A DNA stretch of 64,000 nt, from assembly GCA_964016885.1 (NCBI GenBank), contig OZ024752.1, forward strand, positions 13,082,001 through 13,146,000. The letters run 5' to 3'. The position numbers and the translations under genes are program-made. This document shows, piece by piece, positions 52,190 to 64,000 of this stretch. The notes beneath the pieces were generated by a model. It was not told where the DNA came from, did no database searches, and saw only the letters and a program-made list of their open reading frames with translations. Source of the stretch: Eledone cirrhosa (Eukaryota). The first letter of the stretch is position 1, and each line of letters starts with the position of its first letter.

Positions 52190-54301
52190 CCTCAGTTGAT
52201 ATTATCACCCCTTCCTTCCTCAGTCGACGTCATCACCCCATCCTTTCTCGGTTGACGTCATCACCCCTTCCTTCCTCGGTTGACGTCATCACCCCTTCCT
52301 TCCTCGGTCGGCGTCATCACCCCTTCCTTCCACAGTCGACGTCATCACCCCTTCCTTCCTCAGTCGACGTCATCACCCCTTCCTTCCTCAGTCGACGTCA
52401 TCACCCCTTCCTACCTCAGTCGACGTCATCACCCCTTCCTACCTCAGTCGACGTCATCACCCCTTCCTTCCTCAGTCGACGTCATCAGCCCTTCCTTCCT
52501 CAGTCGACGTCATCACCCCTTACTTCCTCAGTCGACGTCATCACTCCTTACTTCCTCAGTCGACGTCATCACTCCTTCCTACCTCATTCAACGTCATCAC
52601 CCCTTACTTCCACAGTCGACGTCATCACCCCTTCCTACCTCAGTCGACGTCATCACCCCTTCCTTCCTCAGTCGACGTCATCAGCCCTTCCTTCCTCAGT
52701 CGACGTCATCACCCCTTACTTCCTCAGTCGACGTCATCACCCCTTCCTTCCTCAGTCGACGTCATCACCCCTTCCTTCCTCAGTCGACGTCATCACCCCT
52801 TCCTTCCTCAGTCGACGTCATCACCCCTTCCTTCCTCAGTCGACGTCATCAGCCCTTACTTCCTCAGTCGACGTCATCACCCCTTCCTTCCTCAGTCGAC
52901 GTCATCACCCCTTCCTTCCTCAGTCGACGTCATCAGCCCTTCCTTCCTCAGTCGACGTCATCACCCCTTACTTCCTCAGTCGACGTCATCACCCCTTCCT
53001 TCCTCAGTCGACGTCATCACCCCTTCCTTCCTCAGTCGACGTCATCACCCCTTCCTTCCTCAGTCGACGTCATCAGCCCTTCCTTCCTCAGTCGACGTCA
53101 TCACCCCTTACTTCCTCAGTCGACGTCATCACCCCTTCCTTCCTCAGTCGACGTCATCACCCCTTCCTTCCTCAGTCGACGTCATCACCCCTTCCTTCCT
53201 CAGTCGACGTCATCACCCCTTCCTTCCTCAGTCGACGTCATCACACCTTACTTCCTCAGTCGACGTCATCACCCCTTACTTCCTCAGTCGACGTCATCAC
53301 CCCTTCCTTCCTCAGTCGACGTCATCACCCCTTCCTTCCTCAGTCGACGTCATCACCCCTTCCTTCCTCAGTCGACGTCATCACCCCTTCCTTCCTCAGT
53401 CGACGTCATCACACCTTACTTCCTCAGTCGACGTCATCACCCCTTACTTCCTCAGTCGACGTCATCACCCCTTCCTTCCTCAGTCGACGTCATCACACCT
53501 TACTTCCTCAGTCGACGTCATCACCCCTTCCTTCCTCAGTCGACGTCATCACCCCTTCCTTCCTCAGTCGACGTCATCACCCCTTCCTACCTCAGTCGAC
53601 GTCATCACCCCTTCCTACCTCAGTCGACGTCATCACCCCTTCCTTCCTCAGTCGACGTCATCAGCCCTTCCTTCCTCAGTCGACGTCATCACCCCTTACT
53701 TCCTCAGTCGACGTCATCACTCCTTACTTCCTCAGTCGACGTCATCACTCCTTCCTACCTCAGTCAACGTCATCACCCCTTACTTCCACAGTCGACGTCA
53801 TCACCCCTTCCTACCTCAGTCGACGTCATCACCCCTTCCTTCCTCAGTCGACGTCATCAGCCCTTCCTTCCTCAGTCGACGTCATCACCCCTTACTTCCT
53901 CAGTCGACGTCATCACCCCTTCCTTCCTCAGTCGACGTCATCACCCCTTCCTTCCTCAGTCGACGTCATCACCCCTTCCTTCCTCAGTCGACGTCATCAC
54001 CCCTTCCTTCCTCAGTCGACGTCATCACCCCTTCCTTCCTCAGTCGACGTCATCACACCTTACTTCCTCAGTCGACGTCATCACCCCTTACTTCCTCAGT
54101 CGACGTCATCACCCCTTCCTTCCTCAGTCGACGTCATCACCCCTTCCTTCCTCAGTCGACGTCATCACCCCTTCCTTCCTCAGTCGACGTCATCACCCCT
54201 TCCTTCCTCAGTCGACGTCATCACACCTTACTTCCTCAGTCGACGTCATCACCCCTTACTTCCTCAGTCGACGTCATCACCCCTTCCTTCCTCAGTCGAC
54301 G
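52190..54301. repeat. 28-bp tandem array (CAGTCGACGTCATCACCCCTTCCTTCCT), about 75 units
   Basis: Highly homogeneous units with no spacers. Confidence 0.97.
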
Positions 54302-55590
54302 TACTGTAATCTGGTGGGCTCTGAGAAAACTAGGAGTAGATGAATGGCTTGTGAAAGCTGTACAAGCCATGTATAGGGGAGCAGTCAGCAAAGTTAGGAT
54401 TAGCAATGAGTATAGCGAGGAATTTAGCGTACAGGTTGGTGTCCACCAGGGCTCTGTTCTTAGCCCTCTCCTGTTCATCATAGTTCTGCAGGCAATAACG
54501 GAGGAGTTTAAGACCGGATGCCCATGGGAACTCCTGTATGCTGATGACCTCGCACTTATAGCTGAATCTATGGTAGAACTAGAGAAAAAATTCCAAACTT
54601 GGAAGCAGGGACTAGAAAGAAAAGGTCTCAAAGTCAACATGACAAAGACTAAGGTCCTTGTAAGTAGACGAGAAAACAGAACCCAAATCCCCTCAGGGAA
54701 ATGGCCTTGCTCAGTATGTAGTAAAGGTGTAGGTAGGAACTCCATTCTCTGCCCCAAATGCAAACAATGGGTACACAAGAGATCTAGCGGGATCTCAGGA
54801 AGCTTAATTAAGAATGTAGGCTTCACATGTAGCAGCTGTGCTGGGACAGCAAGCAGCAAACAGCCACAGGAAACAAGTACCACCAATCTCTGGGAGGGCT
54901 CTGTAGAAACAGCAGACAGCTTCTGCTACCTAGGTGACCGAATTAGCAGTGGAGGTGGGTGTTCAGAAAGTACAATAACTAGGGTAAGAACGGGATGGAA
55001 GAAGTTCAGGGAACTACTGCCACTGCTAGCTGCAAAAGGCTTCTCCCTCAAAATGAAAGGCAGACTGTATGATGCGTGTATCCGAACAGCAATGTTACAT
55101 GGTAGTGAGACCTGGGCGCTGAAGGTGGTAGACTTACGTAGATTAGAAAGAAACGAAGTCTGCATGCTCCAATGGATGTGTAATAGTAATATACGCAAAC
55201 GACAAAGCATAAATGAATTGATGAATTGAGAGAGGGACTGAGCATAAGAGGAATCAAATGCTGTGTGCAGGAGAGGAGGTTACATTGGTATGGACATGTG
55301 ATGCGTATGAACGATGACAGCTGCATAAAAAGGTGCAGAGCACTAGAAGTCAATGGAAACTGCGGAGTGGGGAGACCCAAGAAGACCTGGGATGAGGTGA
55401 TAAAAGCCGACCTTACCCAATTACACCTCTCAAAGGCGATGACACACAACCATGACCTCTGGCGTCATGCAGTAATACAGAGTACCCGACCTCCCATGGG
55501 TACAAGCTGAAGCATATAGACAATATGCCCCCACACCCTCCCACTGCAATGTGGTCGTGGAGGTGCCACGGCAAAAAGCACTCAGCCCAC
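54300..55590 (+). mobile_element. 5'-truncated RTE LINE with PHD-containing RT (frameshift near 55225)
   Basis: RTVIWWALRK...YADD...CSVC...WVHKR...LHWYGHV. A small ATGAATTG duplication breaks the frame. Confidence 0.93.
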
Positions 55591-55770
55591 ACTCCAATGA
55601 TCCTTTCCTGAGACATTCTAACCACATGTTCATAGTATGAGAGCTGTTATGTCTCAATTCGGAGAAGTAGCAATTCTACCTAGAGCAACTCTCCAATGAT
55701 TCTTTCCTGAGACATTCTAACCACATGTTCATAGTATGAGAGCTGTTATGTCTCAATTCGGAGAAGTAGC
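55591..55770. repeat. Direct duplication of about 80 bp
   Basis: CTCCAATGAT...GGAGAAGTAGC occurs twice (about 55592 and 55691). Confidence 0.85.
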
Positions 55771-55847
55771 GGCTTTCAAGGAATAGACACAAAAGTAAAA
55801 AAAGAAAAGCTTGAAAATCTTATAGGAGTTTTATTTATCAAACTCAC

Positions 55848-56008
55848 CTCTTCTTTCCTTCTAACTCTCTTTCTTTTAATTTCATCCACTCTCAGAAGAG
55901 ATTTCATAACCCGCTCTCCAGCAACACCTTTCAAACTGCAATAAGTGGAAGTTGCTCTGCGTTTCAATTTCCTGTCATCATTTTCACCTAGTTTTATGTC
56001 TTTCCTTA
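55848..56008 (-). CDS. CFAP44: CFAP44 exon 2/13
   Basis: ttcag/gtgagt boundaries. Encodes (V)RKDIKLGEND...KRKRVRRKEE and joins in frame to WDLLYGEKP. Confidence 0.82.
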
Positions 56009-56074
56009 CTGAAAACATTGGAAGAAAGAATGTACTAAAAAATATCCAACAAAGATAAATAAATTTACTGATTA

Positions 56075-56489
56075 ATTGGTTCTACTTTTGCCTCAAGGCC
56101 AGCAATTACGCCAGTGTATTACTGGTACTTTATTTTACTGACCCTGTAATAATTGTTTCTAATTTTGGCTCAAGGCCAGCAATTATGCCTAGTGTATTAC
56201 TGGTACTTTATTTTACTGTCCCTGTAATAATTGTTTCTAATTTTGGCTCAAGGCCAGCAATTATGCCTAATGTATTACTGGTACTTTATTTTACTGTCCC
56301 TGTAATAATTGTTTCTAATTTTGGCTCAAGGCCAGCAATTATGCCTAGTGTATTACTGGTACTTTATTTTACTGTCCCTGTAATAATTGTTTCTACTTTT
56401 GGCACAAGGCCAGCAATTTCCCTAGTGTATTACTGGTACTTCAGTTTATCGACCCCGTAAGGATGAAAGGCAAAGTTAACCTCGGCGGG
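56075..56489 (-). repeat. SINE family A 3' tail amplified as five 78-bp tandem units
   Basis: Repeated AATTGTTTCTA.TTTTGGCTCAAGGCCAGCAATT...ACTGGTACTTTATTTT. Confidence 0.9.
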
Positions 56490-57311
56490 TTAAATAATGA
56501 TATCATTATAAGGTGAGTTAGGTTGAGAGAGAGAGAGAGAGAAGGAAAGAATTAGAGGGGGTGAGTGAGAGAGAGAGGGAGAGGGAGAGAGGGGGGGGAG
56601 AAATTGGGGGTCTGAGTGAGTGAAAGAGAGAAAGAGGGAGTGAGTGAGAAAGAGAAAGAGAGAGAGATAATGTGAGAAATAGAGGGAGTGAGTGAGAAAG
56701 AGAGAAAGAGTGAGAGAGAGAGTGAGAAAGAGAGAGAAATAGAGGGAATGAGAGAGAGAGAGAATGAGAGAAAGAGAGGGAGTGAATGAGAAAGAGAGAG
56801 ACAGAGAGAGAGAGAGAGGGGGGGAGAAGCAGATATACAGAATACAAGGGAGAAAACAGCCAACAGGTGACATGCCTTCTGTTTACTGAAGTAAAAAACA
56901 AAGCCAGTAATAATGAGGGTCAGATTTGTTGAAGACATGAAATAGCATTGAACAAGGGACTGGTTTATATCTCCCTCCACTCTCTCCATTTTGTAAACCA
57001 TGACTCATTTTTGATGGGTTTTCAGATTAGATTTGTTGAGAACGCATGAAAAAAAAAATCTATATATAAAAAAAAAAAAATTGTGTAAAATACTCCCAGG
57101 GTCCTTGCCACTGGCCCTTCCATTTTCTAAAGTCAAAGCCCAAAGTCGTTTCTGGCAGGTTTGGAGGTCAGATTCGTTGAAAAATCATGAAAACATATAG
57201 GAAAAAAAAAAGAAAAAAAAAAATTCTACCAAACACCAGATGGGTATAGAACTATAAATTTACCAAAAGGAGTTGTATAACACTGAATCTCCCTGAAAAC
57301 TGTCTGAGGAG

Positions 57312-57995
57312 TAGAGGTGTAACTCGAGTAGGGCAAGCAGAGCATGTGCTATGGGTTCCACTTTGACCACATCATAGATAGATTTGCATCAAAGCAAAGA
57401 TGATGCAGTTGTAATTTTAATGTATTGTTTTCAATTAAAATAAATTAACAAACAGTGATTGGTATTCTTGAGTTGATTTTATGGTTATCTAAAAGATGGG
57501 TGTCAGATATTTGGGTGAGGGCCCAAATTCACTGCTTGCCAATGGCACTATTTTCCTTAGTTACACCCTTGGAGCCCCCATACTGTCTTGGCTAAACTTG
57601 TTTGTGATTTCTTAATCTTGTGTTTAAAGGAACATACATAATTGTAATAGCGAGATTTGAACAGTTATACTAATGTAGTCCCTGTTAATTGCTGTGACCC
57701 AGCACCAGAGGTAACTAGGGTATGGCAAGCATGGCATGTGCCATCAGTCCCATTTAGACAAGGAGCACTTTCTATCAAAGTCAATTAAGCTATCGTCAGA
57801 CAGTGAAAAAAGATACTTCCACAGATGTATATTCTTTGATTATCATGGATGTAAAGCACTATGCTAGATGGATTAACGTGATTGGTACCTTTGAGTTGAT
57901 TTTATGGTTATCTGAAAGATGGGTGTCAGATCTTTGGGTAGGGCCAAAATTTTACTGCTTGCCATTGGCATTGTTTTCCCGAGTTACACCTCTGC
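57312..57995. mobile_element. Two related MITE-like elements (about 57312-57570 and 57706-57994)
   Basis: Ends AGAGGTGTAACT / AGTTACACCTCTG. Shared internal block TTGAGTTGATTTTATGGTTATCT.AAAGATGGGTGTCAGAT. Confidence 0.6.
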
Positions 57996-58089
57996 TGGGG
58001 AAATGCTTAACCCGTTACACATTAATTCCATGAACAGTCAGTCCTGTTGATTGAACCACTCACTAATCTTTGAAAATGATGAAGGTTTA

Positions 58090-58462
58090 ACAACAATATA
58101 TAAATATATGGAGTGGGGAGACCCAAGAAGACCTGGGATGAGGTGATAAAAGCTGATCTTGCTCAATTGCACCCCTCAAAGGCGATGACACAGGCGATGA
58201 CAAGCTGAAGCTGAAGCATATAGACAGTATGCCCCCCCCTCCCTATTGTAAAGTGGCCATGTAGGTGTCACGATAAAAAGCACCCAGCACTCACTGTAAA
58301 TGTGGTTGGTGTTAGGAAGGGCATCCAGCTGTAGAAATCAAGCCAGAATCAGTTCTGTATGTGCAAGACATGGTCACCTGACCTGGCATTGCCCACAACA
58401 GGACAACTTGTCTAACCTATGCTAACGTGGAAGAATGGACGTAAAATGGTGATGATGATGAT
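58090..58462 (+). mobile_element. RTE LINE 3' fragment (others at about 43655-43810 and 58748-58950)
   Basis: GRPKKTWDEVIKADL, then 3'UTR and (ATG)n. Confidence 0.82.
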
Positions 58463-58999
58463 CTTTCTATTTATACATTTGTACACAACACAAAATATTA
58501 TACGTAAATCGCATAGAAGATCTCATTGTATCTCATATATCTTTCAGTCAGCCAAAGTGGTTGTGTAGGACTTGCGTCAAAAATCACCTAGCACACACTG
58601 TAAATGTGGTTGGCATTAGGAAGGACATCCAGCCATAGAAACCGAGTCAGAAGCAGTTCTCTGTGAGCAAGACATGTTCACATGACACAAACCGGCTCAT
58701 ACGGAGCAACCAATCTAACCTATGCTAGCGTGGAAAAATGGACTGTTTGGTATGGCCATGTGATGTGCATGGAGGATGACTGCTAGGTGAAGAAGGGCCA
58801 AGAAATCCTAGTGGAAGGAAGACACAGTAGAGGAAGACCACGGAAAACATGGGCAGATGTAGTGAGAGCTGAGGAGGGACCGTGACGAATGGAGAGATGC
58901 TGTGCTGAAGAAAACCCGTCCCACCCTTTCTAGCAGGGAAAAGCGAACATAAAATATATATACTTTCACTAACGGGAAAATAAATATACTTTCACTAAC

Positions 59000-59181
59000 C
59001 TTCCAAATCTTTCTGCTTGCGAGATTCAAGTGTAAACCTTTTCACATCTTTCTTTTGATACAATTCAGACTTCTTTCCCTCGAAATCATGTGGCAGATTT
59101 GGTAAACGGATTGTACTGACTTTGTAATTTGAACCAAACACATAAACCACAATGCGCTCCCAACTCACATAATCCTTATAA
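59000..59181 (-). CDS. CFAP44: CFAP44 internal exon (1st of 13 in window)
   Basis: ttcag/gttagt boundaries. Encodes YKDYVSWERIVVYVFGSNYKVSTIRL...KDLE, resembling vertebrate CFAP44 '[26 protein letters not shown]' (from memory). Phase fits the next exon. Confidence 0.8.
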
Positions 59182-59424
59182 CTGAAATTAGTGTGAGAAA
59201 ATATTTTTGTATTTTTTATGTTTTAGAATAAAAAAAATCTGGATCTAGCTGTTGGAACAGCCAGAGCTCAGCCGTCGGGGTCCTGACTCTTTTCCTATAT
59301 ATAAATACATATATATATATTTTATTTCTGGCAATATTATAACAATATGACCCTCCCCAAGTAAACACATACAAACACTACGTGAATCCAGTAACATGTC
59401 AATGGATTGGAAAATACATCTTAC

Positions 59425-59495
59425 TCCATCTGATGAAAACATGCTAGGAGGTTATTATATAACTACCCTTGCACCTTTGAAATACGTATAATGGA
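59425..59495 (+). ncRNA. Type-I hammerhead ribozyme motif with long stem II
   Basis: TCCAT-CTGATGA-AAA..TGC..GGTTAT(TAT)ATAACT..GCA..TTT-GAA-ATACGTAT-A-ATGGA. Confidence 0.82.
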
Positions 59496-60042
59496 ATTAG
59501 ATAATAGAATATAAAAGGAAGATGTACAAATAAGATCGTCTTTTTAAAATATATATATATATATATATGTAAACAAGAACATTATTGCTCCGACCAGTCT
59601 ATTCACCTTTGATAACAACCCTAAATTTACATACACCTATACTATGCATATATAGAACAAATGCAAGCAATCATGTGTAAACAAATGAATATCGAACAAT
59701 AAAGATAAGGTGAAAATTATATGGTGGGTGTGTTTCTTTCTATTGGCAACATTGACAGCCTGACCAACCCCAAATATAATAAAATATACGTCTACTAATA
59801 TAATAGCCTTGTGTATTTGTCTGTCACACTCTAGAAGTAACTGAGGAAGGGCAGGAAGGGAACTATAGGAGTCCAGCATTCTAAGATTCATCACAGCTGT
59901 GTGGTTATGTTTGTATCACTTGTGCGACTGAGCGCAAAGGGATCAACCACCAAACAAGCAGCTATTTTTAATATTATGTATATATAATACAATTAACCAA
60001 CATTTCTGATGGCATGGGGTCAGCTAGTATATACATAGATAC

Positions 60043-60073
<31 letters not shown>

Positions 60074-60180
60074 TATATATATTATATAATATATTATATA
60101 TATATATATAATATATTATATATATTATATATATAATATATTATATATATTATATATATAATATATTATATATATTATAT

Positions 60181-60214
<34 letters not shown>

Positions 60215-60376
60215 ATATTATATATATAGATTTTGAGTTTATGTTCGTTGTATACCAACACCTCAGTATGCAGGCTGGAGCACTCGACGAAGTGCGCAGG
60301 TTGGTTTGTTTACTCCGGAGTAGTGTAAAATAAAGTTAAATAAAAGTCAAATGATTAAAATGTAGCTTCGTTTATT

Positions 60377-60431
60377 ACTGCTATATATATTTCAGTGACA
60401 GCCATCTTTGGCTGTGACCTCTTCAGGCAGT
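60377..60431 (-). ncRNA. Hammerhead motif (left arm of inverted pair)
   Basis: Exact reverse complement of 60590-60644. Confidence 0.82.
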
Positions 60432-60589
60432 TTGAATTAGTATGGTATAGACAAGTACATATGTTGTTTAGGATATGACTCCAGTTCCTCAGTGAATTAA
60501 CAACCCAACAAGGAACTGGGCATATCAGAGTATTAACAATATTATACACCTAAACAACATATGTACTTGTCTATACCATACTAATTCAA

Positions 60590-60644
60590 ACTGCCTGAAG
60601 AGGTCACAGCCAAAGATGGCTGTCACTGAAATATATATAGCAGT
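60590..60644 (+). ncRNA. Hammerhead motif (right arm of inverted pair)
   Basis: ACTGC-CTGAAGA-GGTCACAGCCA(AAGA)TGGCTGTCACT-GAA-ATATATAT-A-GCAGT. Confidence 0.85.
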
Positions 60645-60816
60645 AATAAACGAAGCTAAATTTTAATCATTTGACTTTTATTTAACTTTATTATATATAT
60701 ATATAATATATTATATATATATATATATATTATATATATATATATATATAATATATTATATATATTATATATATATAATATATATTATATATATATAATA
60801 TATATATATATATATA

Positions 60817-62045
60817 CTTAACCTTTGTTGACCTAGAGAAGGCCTTTGATAGGGTACCCCGATCTGTCATCTGGTGGTCCCTAAGGAAGCTAGGTGTTGA
60901 GGAATGGCTTGTGAGGACAGTGCAAACTTTGTACAGAGGTACTCTCAGTAAAGCCAGGGTAGGAATGGAGTTTAGTGAGGAATTCCAGATACAAGTAGGA
61001 GTACATCAGGGTTCGGTCCTCAGCCCGCTCTTGTTCATTATAGTCCCCCAAGCCATAATAGAGGAGTTTAAGACTGGCTGTCCATGGGAACTTCTCTATG
61101 CTGACGATCTGGTTCTTATGGAAACAGCAGTTGGAAGCAAGAGGACTGAGAGTGAACCTAGCTAAGACAAAAGTGTTGAGTAGAAAAGAGGACAAAACCC
61201 TGATTCCGTCAGGGAAATGGCCATGTTCGATATGCAGAAAAGGAACTGGCATAAATTCTATAAAATGCACACAATACAGATCCTGGGTACACAAGAGATG
61301 TAGCGGTATAGCAGGCAAACTAATAGGTAGGGAGAAATATGTATACAGTAGATGTACAGGGAAATTAGACAGTAGAAGTCGCATTGTTAGACACATTTTT
61401 CAAATGCAGGAGGGCGCTCTAGAAGTGGTTGATAGCTTCCGGTACCTAGGAGATCAGATTAGCATGGGAGGAGGGTGTTTCGAGGCCATAGTATCTAGAA
61501 TAAGGACGGGTTGGAAGAAGTTTAGGGAGCTGCTTCCTCTGTTGACAAAGAAGGGTTTCTCCCTGTGTATGAAAGGCCGGTTGTATGATGCCTGTGTGAG
61601 GAGTACGATGCTGCATGGTAGTGAGACATGGGCAGCAACTGCAGAGGATATGCGACGGCTGGAGAGAAATGAGGCAAGCATGCTCCATTGGATGTGCAGT
61701 GTAAATGTGTGTGAACGACCCAGCATAAATGTGTTGAGAGAGAAACTGTGTCTGAGAGGGATAGAATGTAGTGTACGGGAGAGGAGACTGAGGTGGTATG
61801 GACATGTGATGCGCATGGAGGATGACCGATGGGTGAAGAAGTGCCAGGAAATGCCAGTTGAAGGAAGACATGGTAGAGGTAGACCACGAAAAACATGGGC
61901 GGTGGTGGTGAGAACAGACCTCAGATCATTGAAGCTCACGGTGGAGATGACGAAGGACCGTGACGAGTGGAGAGATGGTGTGCTGAATAAGACCCGTCCC
62001 ACCCTTGCAAGCAGGGAAAAGCGGACGTAAAATGATGATGATGAT
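60817..62045 (+). mobile_element. 5'-truncated RTE LINE with PHD-containing RT (internal deletion near 61120)
   Basis: FVDLEKAFD...YADD...CSIC...WVHKRC...RLRWYGHV. (ATG)n tail, embedded in (TA)n. Confidence 0.93.
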
Positions 62046-62131
62046 ATATATATATATATATATGTTATATATATATTATATATATATTATATATGTTATA
62101 TATATATTATATATATATTATATATGTTATA

Positions 62132-62198
<67 letters not shown>

Positions 62199-62274
62199 AT
62201 ATATATATTATATATATTTCGTTTCTGAATTTGTTTAGCAAGATTCTTTATCTGAAATCGTGTGTTGAAACCGA

Positions 62275-63192
62275 TATTGTTATACTTTGGGAGGGTCATG
62301 TTGCCAATAAGAAACACACGCACCAGTTGCTTTCACTTCAATTTATTATTATAATAAATTTATAAATTTCTGGTTGGTTGGTTGGTTCCACAACACTTAA
62401 TAGCAAGACATACCCTTTTCAAAGACCCTCATGTATAGATAAGAAATGTATAACCTGTAAAATAAGCCCCCATATTAACTGTAAAACTAGAAATGTAGTG
62501 TATAGCATAAGATGTACTGAAGGACAATGTAGAGACAAAAATATAGTGTACATAGGTGAGACAGCTCGTAGTGTAGGGGAACGGATAAATGAACACTGGC
62601 GAGACCTTCAAGATAGTAAAGAATCATCTGTACTCTACCAACATGCTAAAATAGAACACAAGGGTAAATTAGAGAACATAGAAATAAAAATAGAATCTAC
62701 ACACAGAAAAGACGCAATGTTTAGACAAATTACAGAGGCAATAAACATAAAAGAATTACAACCAAAATTAAATAGAAAATATGAGTGGAACAGCAACATC
62801 ACAACTTACAATTAAGGACAAAATGAAAACACACACACGCACATAGAACAAACAACCAACCTGTAACATGTAAATAAACAAATAAATAAATGAACATAAA
62901 CACAGACACCCGGATGTGGCGCATGCGCAGACGGAGCACACAACACACAGAAAATGGCGTAGGACAGAACAAAGGAGAGGCACAGAAACAAAGAAAGGAA
63001 TCCCCCAGTCACTGAAGAGGTCACAGAGTGTGTGACGAAAGAACTATGACAATATATAAACAACTATCTGGTTGTGGAACCAACCAACCAACCAGAAATT
63101 TATAAATTTATTATAATAATAAATTGAAGTGAAAGCTTTGGTGCGTGTGTTTCTTATTGGCAACACGACCCTCCCAAAGTATAACAATATTA
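62275..63192 (+). mobile_element. Penelope-like element 3' fragment: inverted pLTR piece, GIY-YIG, then pLTR with hammerhead
   Basis: ORF 62378-62815 (C..KKCITC...CKTRNVVYSIRC...YIGETARSVGERINEH...EAINI...PKLN). About 62275-62394 is the reverse complement of about 63070-63192. Confidence 0.9.
63008..63050 (+). ncRNA. Minimal hammerhead ribozyme motif in PLE pLTR
   Basis: GTCA-CTGAAGA-gGTCACA(GAGTG)TGTGAC-GAA-AG(AA)CT-A-TGAC. Confidence 0.75.
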
Positions 63193-64000
63193 TATATATA
63201 TTATATATATATATATTGAAGGCGTGTGGCTGAGTGGTTAGAGAACTGGATTCGCAATCGTGAGGTTGTGAGTTCGATTCCTGGACCGGGCGATGCTTTA
63301 TGTCCTTGAGCAAGACACTTTATTTCACGTTGCTCCTTCTACCTGGAGTTGCGACCGATAGATAGTATACCTCGGTCCGATTTGACGAAAGTCGATCGTT
63401 AGGAATATATATGACTCAATAATCGGCAGTTCGACGGACCCTCTTAAAATGCTATAAGAAAATGAAATACATGCAATGTGGTAAAGTCAGAGTTTCAAGA
63501 GTTTGACAAAATGAGATGTTTTGATTGGTGGGCAGGATGTACTGGCCTGTAGTGTATATGGGGTGGGTGTGATGGTGAGATGTTGATGACGGTCTGTGGA
63601 TGAGGTGGGCTTTGGTGTGGTGGTGGTGGGTTGGCCTTGGCGTGTAGAGTATGTGGGGGTGGGTGTGATGATATGGTGGTGGTTCAGGTTATTTAGTGGG
63701 ATGAGGTTAGTGGATTGTCAGTAGACGGGTTGGGGTGTGGGTGGGGGTGTGGTAGTGGTGTCTTTGTCTATGGTAGCGGCGTTTGTGTATGGATGTATTG
63801 GTGGCGTGAGGTCCTTACATAGATACATAGTTAGACGCTCTTCGTCTGACAGATACCTTGTATATACGTATACGTACACACATATATGTATATATGTGCA
63901 CATATATTGTTGTATAAACACACACAACATAAAACACATACGTACATCCTTGCCCACACATATCGGCATACGCTCACACACAGCCATATGTATATGTACA

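Noticed and set aside
52190-54301. CRISPR array
   Set aside because: The 28-bp repeats are contiguous with no unique spacers, there are no cas genes and the context is eukaryotic.
52252-54343. 685-aa and 687-aa ORFs
   Set aside because: Artefact of a stop-free 28-bp repeat. They start at TTG, all three frames are open and the peptide is periodic.
59636-60028. Possible small non-autonomous Helitron ending GGGGTCAGCTAG
   Set aside because: The 3' hairpin and 5' end are too degenerate to support the call.

Overview
AT-rich, microsatellite-dense eukaryotic genomic DNA. The SINE and LINE families look like those of a coleoid cephalopod (octopus-like), which is inference. Thirteen minus-strand exons of a cilia/flagella gene (CFAP44/WDR52, C-terminal coiled-coil region, about 719 codons) span 59181 down to 2384. 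I reconstructed them by hand with consistent splice phases, one intron has a GC donor, and the gene continues beyond both ends of the exon series. The introns are packed with transposons: RTE-clade LINEs whose RT carries an internal PHD finger, Penelope-like elements (PLEs), R4/Dong and Tx1/L1 fragments, Helitrons, tRNA-derived SINEs, TTAA MITEs and TE-derived minisatellites. The main non-annotated signal is a set of at least 9 type-I hammerhead ribozyme motifs with intact cores, plus several degenerate ones, from several sequence families. They mostly sit in or near (TA)n tracts and fold-back repeats, and several are sense to the host pre-mRNA. Also notable are an 857-bp-arm palindrome, a twin-primed RTE insertion and a 28-bp array with higher-order structure fused to an RTE 5' end.
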